A stretch of DNA of 64,000 bases from Chiloscyllium plagiosum (Eukaryota): the NCBI RefSeq assembly GCF_004010195.1, contig NC_057752.1:8080317-8144316 (forward strand). The letters run 5' to 3'. The notes below the pieces were generated by a model, which saw nothing but the letters and a program-made list of their open reading frames with translations, did not search any database and was not told where the DNA came from. Both the position numbers and the translations under genes were made by a program. Numbering within the stretch: position 1 is the stretch's first letter; every line of letters begins with the position of its first letter. Below are positions 12,448 to 23,059 of the stretch, piece after piece.

Positions 12448-13341
12448 CTAGCGTCTCAAACTAACTACATGGAGTCACGTTAACAGTGGCAAGGCTTACA
12501 CAATATAATGAGTTACAAAGCGAAGTAGAGTTGAATTGCTGACAATGCATCCCTCCCTAATGAGCTCAATGAATTCTCTGCTCATTTTGAATAGAAGGCT
12601 AGTGAAATGATTTCACCTGTACCCACAGTCACCACCGTAATCATAAGATCAGCCTTCTTGAGGGTGAACACACAGAAAGTGACTGGCCTGGATAGAGTCC
12701 CTAGCCATGCACCTACATCCTGCACAGACCAACTGGTGAGAATATCTGTGACATCTTTAATCTCTCCTTACTCCAATGCAAGGTTCCCACCCGCTTTAAG
12801 ACCACCACTGTCATCCCAGTGCCAAAGAAAAATTAAGCAACATGCCTTAATGACTACTGCCTGGTGGGTCTGATATCCATCATTATGAAGTGCTTCGAGG
12901 GGTTAATAGTTGCATATATCAACTCCAGCCTCTCAGCTTGCCTTGATCCACTTACAGTTCACCTACCGTCACAATAGGTCCACAGCAGACATCATCCCCC
13001 TGGCCCTATACACATCCTTGTAACATCTACTTCTTGGAACTCTGCTTCCCCTCTCTGCAAATGGATCCTCAACTTCCTAACTCAGACTGCAATCAGTAAA
13101 CATAGGTGACAACACCCCCTCCACAATAATCTACAACACCAGTCCCTGCAAGGCTGCATAGACATGCAAAAGAATTCCCAGAAGCATGGCATTCCAACTG
13201 GATCTCTATCAACACACAGATTTGGACCCCATTTACCACCCTGAGAAAAAGAACAGGAAATGACATCACTGAGGAAACCTCAACACAAATAGAAAGTGGG
13301 TCATAACACCAGCGCTTCACAGCAGGCTCACTAATGATGTT

Positions 13342-13543
13342 GGAAAAGCGCAGCAGGTCAGGCAGCATCCAGGGAACAGGAGAATCGACGTTTCGGGCAT
13401 AAGCCCTTCTTCAGGATTCCTGAAGAAGGGCTTATGCCCGAAACGTCGATTCTCCTGTTCCCTGGATGCGGTCTGACCTGCTGCGCTTTTCCAGCAACAC
13501 ATTTTCAGCTCTGATCTCCAGCATCTGCAGACCTCACTTTCTC
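13342..13543. mobile_element. Young palindromic Penelope-type mini-element
   Basis: 76-bp arms (13341-13416 / 13418-13493, 2 mismatches) plus 3' tail. Perfect 15-bp TSD ctcactaatgatgtt (13327-13341, 13544-13558). Confidence 0.9.
13381..13420 (-). ncRNA. Minimal type I hammerhead ribozyme motif (mirror copy on + at 13414-13453)
   Basis: GGAAUC-CUGAAGA-A-GGGC(UUAU)GCCC-GAAA-CG-UC-GAUUCU: intact core, 4-bp stem II, 6-bp stem I, palindromic ACGU in place of stem III. Confidence 0.7.
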
Positions 13544-13837
13544 CTCACTAATGATGTTACCTAGTATGGTGACAAAACATGTGAAAACAAACCTTCCAGC
13601 TCAGCGAGCAATCTTACATCCATAGATAATAAATGCTGGCTTTACTAGCCAGAGACACATCCGACAAATAGAAAAGTAAAAATTCCTTCTCTAATCACAT
13701 TGTTTGATGACTGCATGTCTTTTTCTTAATTCAAGGTTGTTCAGCCTTCGAATTCTTTTATCCATTTATTCCATATTCAATCTATATCCAACCCTTTTTT
13801 TTTGTTGATGATTACATAGTCAACAGTTTCCTTTATA

Positions 13838-14055
13838 GAGTTTTGTACAGCATGGAAACATACCCTTCGGTCCAAGTATTCCATGCCAACCAGACAGCCT
13901 AAATTCATCTTGTCCTATTTACCTACATTTGGCCCATATCCCTCTAAACCCTTCCTATTCATTTACCCATCCAAATGCCTTTTAAATGTTGCAATTGTAC
14001 CAGCCTCCACCACTTCCTCTGGCAGCTCATTCCATACATGCACCACCCTCTGTGA
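13838..14055 (-). mobile_element. CR1/HER1 3' end
   Basis: Reverse complement of the 33120-33315 type tail. Confidence 0.85.
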
Positions 14056-14994
14056 AAGTAATCCACTCTACTCACTCTTGTAGATTTACACTGTACAACC
14101 TAAGTGATCACAGCTTTCATTTCTTAATCCCGTTCCAAATCCTCCTTTTAGTGCATGCAAGCTGGCTGTGCAGTGCTTCAATTACAATGCTATCTTTATA
14201 ACTTTCAACAGGGTAAGTTTCAACAGATTGTACCACAAAGTGAAGGATATAACATGCACAGCATCAGTTCAGAACAGTTATTATTTTGGAGCTCCAATAC
14301 ATTTCAATTCTTGATGTTCAATCAGTTTATAGAGAATCTGATCACACTAGGTTACCTACTTGATTCCACAACAATTAGCATCTACTTTGACATTTTCATG
14401 TCTGGTCATGGTTCCAGGTGACTCCTAATAATGGCAATGGATCAAACATGACAATCTAAAAACAAGTCTACCAGATTTGATTGTAGAAGTGTTTGCAAAA
14501 CGACTTTAGGTGAAATTCAAAACGTTTTATTCACATTATTTTCAGACATTGCTCTTGCTTGGTATTTACCACCTGTTAAAGGGAGATCTGTTTTTCTTTA
14601 GATATCAAGACATTTTACAGACTAATTGGTGCACAAATGTGCTTTATACAAAAAAGACTGAAACAAAAGTGAAAGAGTAGGTGACTAATTTCAGTGTACT
14701 GTTTACAGTATGATTACCTTTCATGAAAAGTACTGTTGCTTGTTCTATTCAGAAACTAATGAGAGGTCATTACCCAATTAAATTATTTGAAAGGAAACAA
14801 TTCCCCAAATCCATGTCTCTTTATTATTTGGAACCATAGTGAAAAAGGAATAGCTTGATAAGATTCTACACATCCTTTGGATCACTGATATTCATTTTTC
14901 TCCCTTGCACTGTGGGCATAAGCAGTTGTTACTAACCTCTTCCATACCTGATTCTGATCCTGGTACCCAATCAGGTTCTATATTAAAATATCTC

Positions 14995-15410
14995 ACCTGC
15001 ACAAAGGTCATCTCTCAGCCTCCGACATTCCAGGGAATACAGCCCCAGCCTATTCAGCCTCTCCCTATAGGTCAAACCCTCCAACCCCGGCAACATCTTG
15101 GTAAAACTTTTCTGCACCCTTTCAAGTTTTACAACATCTGTCCGATAGCAGGGACAGCAGAATTGAAATTGCAAAAATGACCTGACCAACATCCTGTACA
15201 GCCATATGACATCCCAACCCGTACACTCAATGCTCTGTCCAATAAAGACAAGTGTACTAAATGCCTTCTTCACTACCCTGTCTACGTGTGACTCCATCTT
15301 CAAGGGACTATGAACCTGCACCCCTAGATCTCTGTTCAGAGCTGACCATTAAATGTATAAGTCTTGTCCTAATTTGCCTGACTAAAATGCAACACCTCAC
15401 ATTTATCTGG
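14995..15410 (-). mobile_element. CR1 LINE fragment
   Basis: KLERVQKSFTKMLPGLEGLTYRERLNRLGLYSLE.RRLR. Confidence 0.88.
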
Positions 15411-15599
15411 CCTTTCTTTCAACGAACTTGTCACAGGAGCCATTACAGTGCCGAAATTTAGAATGAGCCTCTGATAAAAACCACTCACGCAAATATATCT
15501 CAAAATGTCATGCTTATTTAAGGCACAGAAAACCCAAGATAGCGCTTATTTTTGTTTCTCGAGCTGTTACTTGGGTTGCACTGTGGACAAAGTCAAACC

Positions 15600-17000
15600 A
15601 GTCCCTTTTGCTTTAGCAAGTTGACTTTTAACTGGATTTGACTAACTTGGCTCGTTGTAACCAAACAGTTGGTTCAAGTGGTGCATCTTCCCAGGTTTAG
15701 CTAACCATCATCAAATCATCAATATAAACAATACCATTAGATTAACCAAGTTATTGAGTATTATCATTGAAAAGTTGCATCTTTCATTTTAAACAGCATA
15801 CTATTACATTGATAAAGTCCAGCTGATATTAAAAATCATGATTTTTTGAGGCTCCATCAAATGAACCTTGTCAACATGTTTTAACAAGTCAATTTTTGCA
15901 ACAAACTGTGCTCGTCTAATCCTCATGATGCAATCCTCCAATTGGATAGGAATTCACCTTGCTATAATCAGTAGGATCTGTGACCAACCCATGCCCTCTA
16001 ATGCACAGCCACTTAAACATGCCACATATTGTGGCACTAATGTCCAGTTCTGGAAGTTGCTGTCACAAAAATTGAAGAAAACAGTTTGTGACCCATCCAG
16101 TTTTGGCAATGCCATAACAAGTGAGGTCCAACTACTAAAACTAGGTACAATAATGTCATTATTCATCATGAACTGAAGTCCCTTACCTCATCAGTTAAAC
16201 CTCTCTGGGTTCAGTCAAAAAGGTTATTTTTTGGGAAACATATAACCTACATTAACATGCAATGATGCTTTATATAGTTTCATAGTCTGTACATTGTTCT
16301 TTCGACAAACTGACACACGTTTAGATCCGTACCTATCAAAACACTAACATTCAGGTCCAAACTGCATTTTCAAACGAAGCAAAATATCTTTCAACCCATC
16401 TTCTAAATTTAGATAAACTTTGATTTCTAGTTAAGTAAATCCCTCAATAGAGTCAGAATCATCCACTGAGTTACTACCTTTTATTTCCTCTTTTATTCTA
16501 AGCTTTTCTCTTTCCAAGTTGTTGGATTTCTTTCAAGAGCTTAGAAATATTGATCTCTAATTTCCCTTTCCATTGCGGTTTGTTTCTGTTTTCTCTAACA
16601 AAAGTTATCTTTCATTCCTAACCTGAATTTTAGCTAAATTCTAGCACCAACATCTCAACTTCAGATGTCCCTCCAGATATCAAAAATTTTAATAGTCCAC
16701 TATTGTCTTCTACTCCCAGAAAAGTATTAGCAACATTCAAAGACATTCTGATAGACCAATCCACATAAATTTCAGAATAGCCCTTATGTCTATTAAGAGA
16801 CACAGATCCCACATAAATTCAATGAATTCCCTATCCTAGCCAATAGCACCCACTTTATGATCCCATCCGATAATAACACTGGACAAACCACATCCCAGAA
16901 TGAAACCTAGGCTTTATAGATTCAGTTTTTTTAAATTGGTTACTGCGGTGCTTAGTCTTTGAACATTTGCAAGCAAACTGCAAAAGCCAAAAGAACACAT
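15600..17000 (-). mobile_element. Decayed Gypsy/Ty3 LTR retrotransposon internal region (gag knuckle, protease, RT)
   Basis: MNNDIIVPSFSSWTSLVMALPKLDGSQ, then NSYP..LEDCI...AQFVAKIDLLK, typical of the Gypsy RT N-terminus. Degenerate zinc-knuckle-like and protease-like stretches at ~16740-16890. Confidence 0.7.
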
Positions 17001-18699
17001 TTACAACATTGAAAACAAAAATGCTGACAGCTTAGAAAGATCTGAACATAAGCACTAAAACCAAGTTTCTAGCAATATCCTTTGCAGATACTCAATTCTA
17101 AAGAAATATCACTTTTACTTCAACTCTAATTTCTTACCTGCTCTTTTCAGTTCCCATTGTTGGAGTGAGCGTTTTATGAATTCTTTCCAAGTAGTACGCA
17201 TGAACCTTTTTCCTATTCTGAGGTTCTAACCCTTTTCTGATCTAACAACTTCGGAAAAAAAATTCTAAAACCTTGGAAGCTTCATAAACCAAAACCCTTC
17301 TGATATCAAAGATTTCAAATAATCCACTACTGTCTTCTACTCCTAGAAAAGTAGCAGCTAAAGTGAATGCTCTTTAGAGCTGAAAACCTGACTCTTCTGA
17401 ACTGAAGTCAAAACTAAACTTGTGGTAAAGTCAGCAGTATAAAACTTTAATCCATCAACACCACAGGTACCCTCCTATGCACTTAACTTCCAAGAAAACA
17501 TGTGATGCAGTCAAGTCTTCAGTTCACTGGTCCAAAAAATCTTGCAACTTCAAAAGTGTTACCGCCACAGAACTGAAACATATATCTGCCTTGATATTAA
17601 AATTCCAGACGATAATATTAAATGTATTTTATCACACCTGTATAAATAACACAGCTCAGTTCACTATAAGTGAAGCAACTTGCTTTGCAATACAAAAGCT
17701 CAGCTTTTGTACAAGAATACAACACCAACCATGAAACGGTCCTTGTAATAAGCCAGACTGCTTGAAACCACTTGCAAGTACTGCCAACTTACATTAGCAA
17801 ATCAAACAAATACTCTTGTGCTTCTTAGATTATATCTATGGCTTCAAAAGTATCACAAGGCAACAATGAAACTCCGTAGAAGCTGTTTTGCACGCTTTAG
17901 TGAAGTTCATTTAATTCTCACATGGGTGAGACACCAGAAATCTTTGTGGTGACTCAAGAGTGTCTTTTGGCACCATAGTAGAGATTTTGGTCTGTAGGAT
18001 CTCACAAAGACCTCAACAGTTTTCTCAATATAGGTGCTATGTTATGCTATGTAGTCTGAGTTTAGTTTGTTTTAATCATGTACTTAGCCAGAGTCCAGCA
18101 TAAAATAAAAATTTATTTTCAAAAAGGAAATGCCATTAAGGCAGTTTATCAAAGCATTCACAGAGGTTGTAAGGTACATAAACAAATAAGCCACCTAACT
18201 GTGTCATACTATACATCAATTGGCCTGTGGAACATTTTCCAATACCACATTTAAAAGAAAGTAAACAGTACAATAAAGATAAAAACTGTTCATTTCAATA
18301 TGGATACAAACAAAAACCAAAACAATCAGAAATAGATAATGTGAAGACAATGGGGCATCAATATAAAGTCACATGTTAAAAAGGTGCCTTGAGGTTCAGT
18401 GGGTAAATGCACCACCTGAGGTAAATACAACCTTTTTTGGGGGGAGGAGTGAGAAGGTGGAGGAAAAACGACAAAAGAGAGAGAGAGAGTGGGAGTGAGC
18501 AAGCGAGAGGGTAGTTCTACTCAGCTAGTTAAGAGACGCATTGGAAAAATGGCATAGGCAACTGTTTTAATGGCTTCAGACATTTGAGAAGGTTGAGAAG
18601 GGATAATGTGCCATAGTAACAGTCATATTGGATATTATTTTGACTATAATTATGACTTTAGTTCTGCAGCAGGGTTAGAAACCCGAGTGGAGAAGTTAA

Positions 18700-19680
18700 A
18701 ATATTGAGTTATTATAAAGATGTTGTAAAGGACAGATTTTGGAGGCAACATGTTCAAGCATTTGGAGAGGAAATGGAGGTTGGAGATGGTGTGGTAGGAT
18801 GCAATGACAGAGACAAAGTTATTTTGAGGAAGCAGTGAAAATTGCAGATTTGAAAGGAACAGTACGGTATCAGAGGAGAGGAAACCATTTATAACATCAG
18901 CTCACATGAGGGCCAGGATGAAAAAGTGGGAAGTCAACAGTTTAGTTAGGAGATAAATGAGAGAACAAAAGATGAAAGTTGAGGAATAGAGCATGAACCT
19001 TAATTTGCTAGGCATAGATGTAATTCAACATTTTCCATGGAGTTCCTCATTTTTTCTTAGGAGGCAGCAGAGAAAATTGTTTCAGCGATGAAAAGAGATG
19101 ACTGGCACAGTAAAAAAAGAGCCAGGGGTTACCTTTGCACTTCAAGGTGAACTGTGCCCAATAGAACTCGATGTAGTCCTGCCAGATCTGCCAATAAATG
19201 AGTAAATCAGGTGTGCATGATATACGCCAAACCTGCACCCTTTGGATGCAAGGAAACAAAGAGGGAGAAATTGCAGCAGGGGAAGAAATGGTTGGGAGAG
19301 AAGGCATCAGACTGGGGTGAAGAGCAACAAAAGGTGTAATTCAAGGCATTGTTGAGCAGATAGGCAACTACAGAATTATTGCAGTCAATGAGAGTATGAA
19401 AATGATGTTGCAAGTGACCTGGAAGTTTTATCCCGCAGGGCTGATGCAGGATGAAGTGGGTTAGAATTTGAAGATGCAAGCTGATAGAGATACAGGAAAG
19501 GATTCAGAGATGGCCTTGTCTATGAATGAGTTGATGACAATAGAGAGGTCATATGTGATTGCAAACATGTAAACAATAGTGCATTCATATGGAAAGAGGA
19601 TAGGAGTACAGGGAACCAAAGGAGAGATGGAACACAAATCACTCTTGGTGGAGAACTTCAAAGACCATCAACTGGAGAAG
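18700..19680 (-). mobile_element. Old L2 LINE remnant
   Basis: Minus strand ISNLHFLSKCL at ~18760-18790 (L2 RT SNLPFLSK motif) within a purine-skewed tract. Confidence 0.55.
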
Positions 19681-19795
19681 CTTGGTAAAATCACTACTGA
19701 CCAAGTTAGCCAAACATAAAGAGCATAGTAGCCTGCATCAGCTGGAGAAAACCAACAAGGAAACATTATTTGATCTTCTCAACAATCCAATTAGT

Positions 19796-20120
19796 GGGCG
19801 GCATGGTGGCACAGTGGTCAGCACTGCTGCCTCACAGCGCCCGAGACCCGGGTTCAATTCCCACCTCAGGCGACTGACTGTGTGGAGTTTGCACGTTCTC
19901 CCCGTGTCTGCGTGGGTTTCCTCCGGGTGCTCCGGTTTCCTCCCACAGTCCAAAGATGTGCAGGTCAGGTGAATTGGCCATGCTAAATTGCCCGTAGTGT
20001 TAGGTAAGAGGTAAATGTAGGGGCATGGGTGGGTTGCGCTTCGGCGGGTCGGTGTGGACTTGTTGGGCCGAAGGGCCTGTTTCCACACTGTAATGTAATG
20101 TAATGTAATCTAATCTAATC
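19796..20120 (+). mobile_element. HE1 SINE (V-SINE), full length, young
   Basis: tRNA-like head, V-domain TGTGTGGAGTTTGCACGTTCTCCCCGTGTCTGCGTGGGTTTCCTCCGGGTGCTCCGGTTTCCTCCCACAGTCC, CR1-like tail with (TAATG/TAATC)n. Confidence 0.93.
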
Positions 20121-20539
20121 ACTTGTTGCAAGTGCACTTGTCCATAACAGCATTGGCAGGACTCATCAATGCACAGCCCTTGTGAAAATGGAGTCCCATC
20201 CTCACTGTGAGGATACCATCTGTCATATTGTATAGTACTACCACTGTGCTAAGTGGGACAGACGCACAGCAGTTCAAGCTGCTCAAAATTAGGTATCCAT
20301 GAGGTTCTGTGGGCCATCAGCAAATTATTCACTGTTGCAATATGAAATGTTGTGGCCCAGAATATCCCCTGTCAGGACAGGGGATCAATTTTGGTTCAAT
20401 GAGAACAGGGAGACAGGTCAGAAGCTGAAGGCCAACTGAATGAAACTACAACATATGACTGCTTACAGTGGAAGTAACATGCAATAAACTGACACAGCTA
20501 AGCAATTCTGTGACCAATAGATTAGACTGAAGTTCTGTA

Positions 20540-20890
20540 GTCTCCCACATCCACTCAAGAATGGTAGGCAAACTAAACAACAGGATAATTAGCTCCACAA
20601 ATATCCCCATCTTCAATGGCAGGGATACCCAAAACATGAGTGCAAAAATGACTGAAGCATTTGCAACCATATTCAGCCAGAAATGAGAAGTGAATGATTT
20701 AGCTCAGCCTCCTCCTGAAGTCCCCATCACAGATGTCAGTTTTCAATCAGCTTGATTCACTCCACATGATATCAAGCAGCTGAACACCTCAAAGGCTGAC
20801 AATTCAAGAGGCAGCTCACCACCACCATCAAGCATAATTAGGATTGAAGAACAAACTCAGTCCCACATGCCATGAATGAATTAAATAAAA
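20540..20890 (+). mobile_element. CR1/L2-clade LINE fragment, internally deleted
   Basis: Reverse complement of the 5780-5920 type sequence joined to the gcagctcaccaccacc 3' end. Confidence 0.65.
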
Positions 20891-21838
20891 AGATTGAAAT
20901 ACAGAACTGTACAAGGAAAAGGAACAGTTAAAAGGTCGAGAGAAGAACAAATCTTTTGGTCATTATTCTAGATATATAGGTACAAGTGTGCATAAGCAAT
21001 CAGAAATCATGGTCAGAGCTCAATTATTCTGAACCTTGTCATGGAAACCTTCCCAGTGTTTCCATGGCTTCTTATTCTTGAGCCTTCACTTCTTGTATAA
21101 ATGTAGATTAATACATTTTAGCTGATCTTATTTTTCTCTGAACATTATTCAACTCAATCCATTGCCTTAACATAACCTTGGAGTAAATATGTGACACGCT
21201 GTTGAGATTGCTTTTTAGTCCCACATTCAACTCTTCCATTTCCTGAATGCAACCTAGGGACTGAGCGTAGACAGGCCACGAGTTTCTACAGGCTGCACTC
21301 TAGGACCAGCATTGAGTTCATCCGCCCAAACCTCTTGTGTTCAAGCAATGAAATCTCAGGATACTGCTGTTGAGAGATAACAATGGTATTAAACTAGTGC
21401 AGAAATTGAACACAGTTTGACAGGTGTGTTAGCACATGCAGAAATTAAATCCCCAAACGTTCCATATTCAAAATAGTTTTTGAAATTGTTGCACACTTTG
21501 CATGGTGACAGAATTTTATTGGGTTTATTAGCAAAATGTTGCATATGCAGCAGCAATGTCCATTTAAAAGATTGCAGTGGTTTGTTAGTTTGGGAATTAT
21601 TGAATTACATTGCCCGAAACATTAATGGAAATAAAAGCACCCACAAAGACCATATTTTTCATGTGTCTATTTAGTCATTCAACACACTTGGCATAAAACA
21701 ACATGGCATTAATAGATACTATAGCTAAAGGCAGATTTCAACATATTTCAAAATGCACAGACAATTGCAAATTAACGTAAAGCAATCAAGTAACACTTCA
21801 CAGCATTGAGGTAATTTGCAAAATTCTACATGAAGATT

Positions 21839-22085
21839 TTGCATTTACTGTACATACAGCTTCTCACCTTCTCAAGGCACTTAAATGTTTTACAACCAGT
21901 GTGCTGCTTGGGGAGTTCAGTTACTATTGTTGGTAGGCAAATGCAGAATCCAATCTGCAAAAGAGATCAGTAAATATTTAATCTGCATTGGTGGTGTTGG
22001 TTCAGGAGGACTGTTAGCCAAGATGCTGTAAGATCTCTTTGCTTTGCTTCAAGAAGTAAAGAGCCATATGATCTTTTTACATTTA
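21839..22085 (-). mobile_element. DeuSINE relic
   Basis: Same Deu-type 3' region as 8275 and 39295. Confidence 0.5.
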
Positions 22086-23059
22086 CTTGAATATATTGAT
22101 CCAGGCAATAGTGTAATCTCTCAATTAAAAGGTAGTATTACCAATAGAGCACTCAAATGAAGCTTCATTATAACTTCTGACTTGGAAAATAGGTGCACCA
22201 ATATCGAGCCAGTTGAAACATATTGATCACACACTACTCTCACAGATAATGAGAATCAAGACAAACAGAATGAAATAAAAAAAATAAATCCATAGCAAGA
22301 GGACGACAAAGTCAAGAGAAAAACACCAACATAGAATGAATTAGAGTAGGAAAAAAAAGAGGCAGTTCCAGGAGGAAACAATTTTGATTTCATTGTCCTG
22401 CGAGTAATATCATGACAGACCAATTAATTGTCATTTTTATAGACTGTTTATGCTCCATATCAACCAAAAGCAAAAACTTCCCAAAGGCTTACACGCAAGC
22501 AGAGTTTCTAACAGTCTGTAAACCTACCTAAAATACCACATTGATTCTTCAACTAAGAATGTGCTTGTTGCAAATCACACAAAAATGTCAAGAATTTATG
22601 GTGCAAGTACTTGGCTCAAAGCTCAAAATGTAAGAATAACTTGCTGATCTTGGATCTGTTCTGGATTGTGAAATAGATTTACTCAAACTAGCATTTACTG
22701 TGGGCATGGAAAGCAAGGGGTTGGATGAAGATTGTTGCTATTTTGTTGCACACTTTGGGCCACTTCACAACTAGAAACTATGCAAGTGCCATTGTAAGAC
22801 AGTGCACAACACAGATCTGCTACATACTTCTAACTTGCCTGTTTTAACTTCAAAATTTCCAGCATATGTGTTTTTACGAGTGAACATCAAAAAACTAGTT
22901 CAATATGAAGTTAAGAGCACAAACTCTGGGAAGTTACACTCAGTTCTGATCATCTGAGTTGAAAGTGAATGCAATGCTGACAGGGTAAAGAGGCTACAAA
23001 ATAAATAATGCAGTTGCTACTTTCTCATAGCTTAGTATATCACAGTTATCAGATAATTT

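Larger units (their letters stand above)
10020..13160 (+). mobile_element. Rex1/Babar LINE, decayed, with nested insertions
   Basis: SILLANVQAIENKLDKLKARL (endonuclease start), DWSIFK, PNWKPWMNQEI, and LNDY....LISIIMKCFE across frames. Confidence 0.85.
13160..13621 (+). mobile_element. Penelope-like element 3' end/pLTR (same family as 57850-58105)
   Basis: Colinear with the end of the GIY-YIG ORF and the terminal repeat (ggtgacaaaacat.tgaaaacaaaccttccagctca). Confidence 0.85.

Noticed and set aside
13341..13493. Palindrome as a DNA-transposon MITE or miRNA gene
   Set aside because: Asymmetric 3' tail, 15-bp TSD and single-arm copies elsewhere point to a retro-type insertion with inversion.
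19796..19870. tRNA genes
   Set aside because: The tRNA-like A/B boxes are SINE heads. No complete cloverleaf was found.
19682..20088. ORFs resembling many database 'hypothetical proteins' (also 45792-46442)
   Set aside because: Translations of HE1 SINE sequence.
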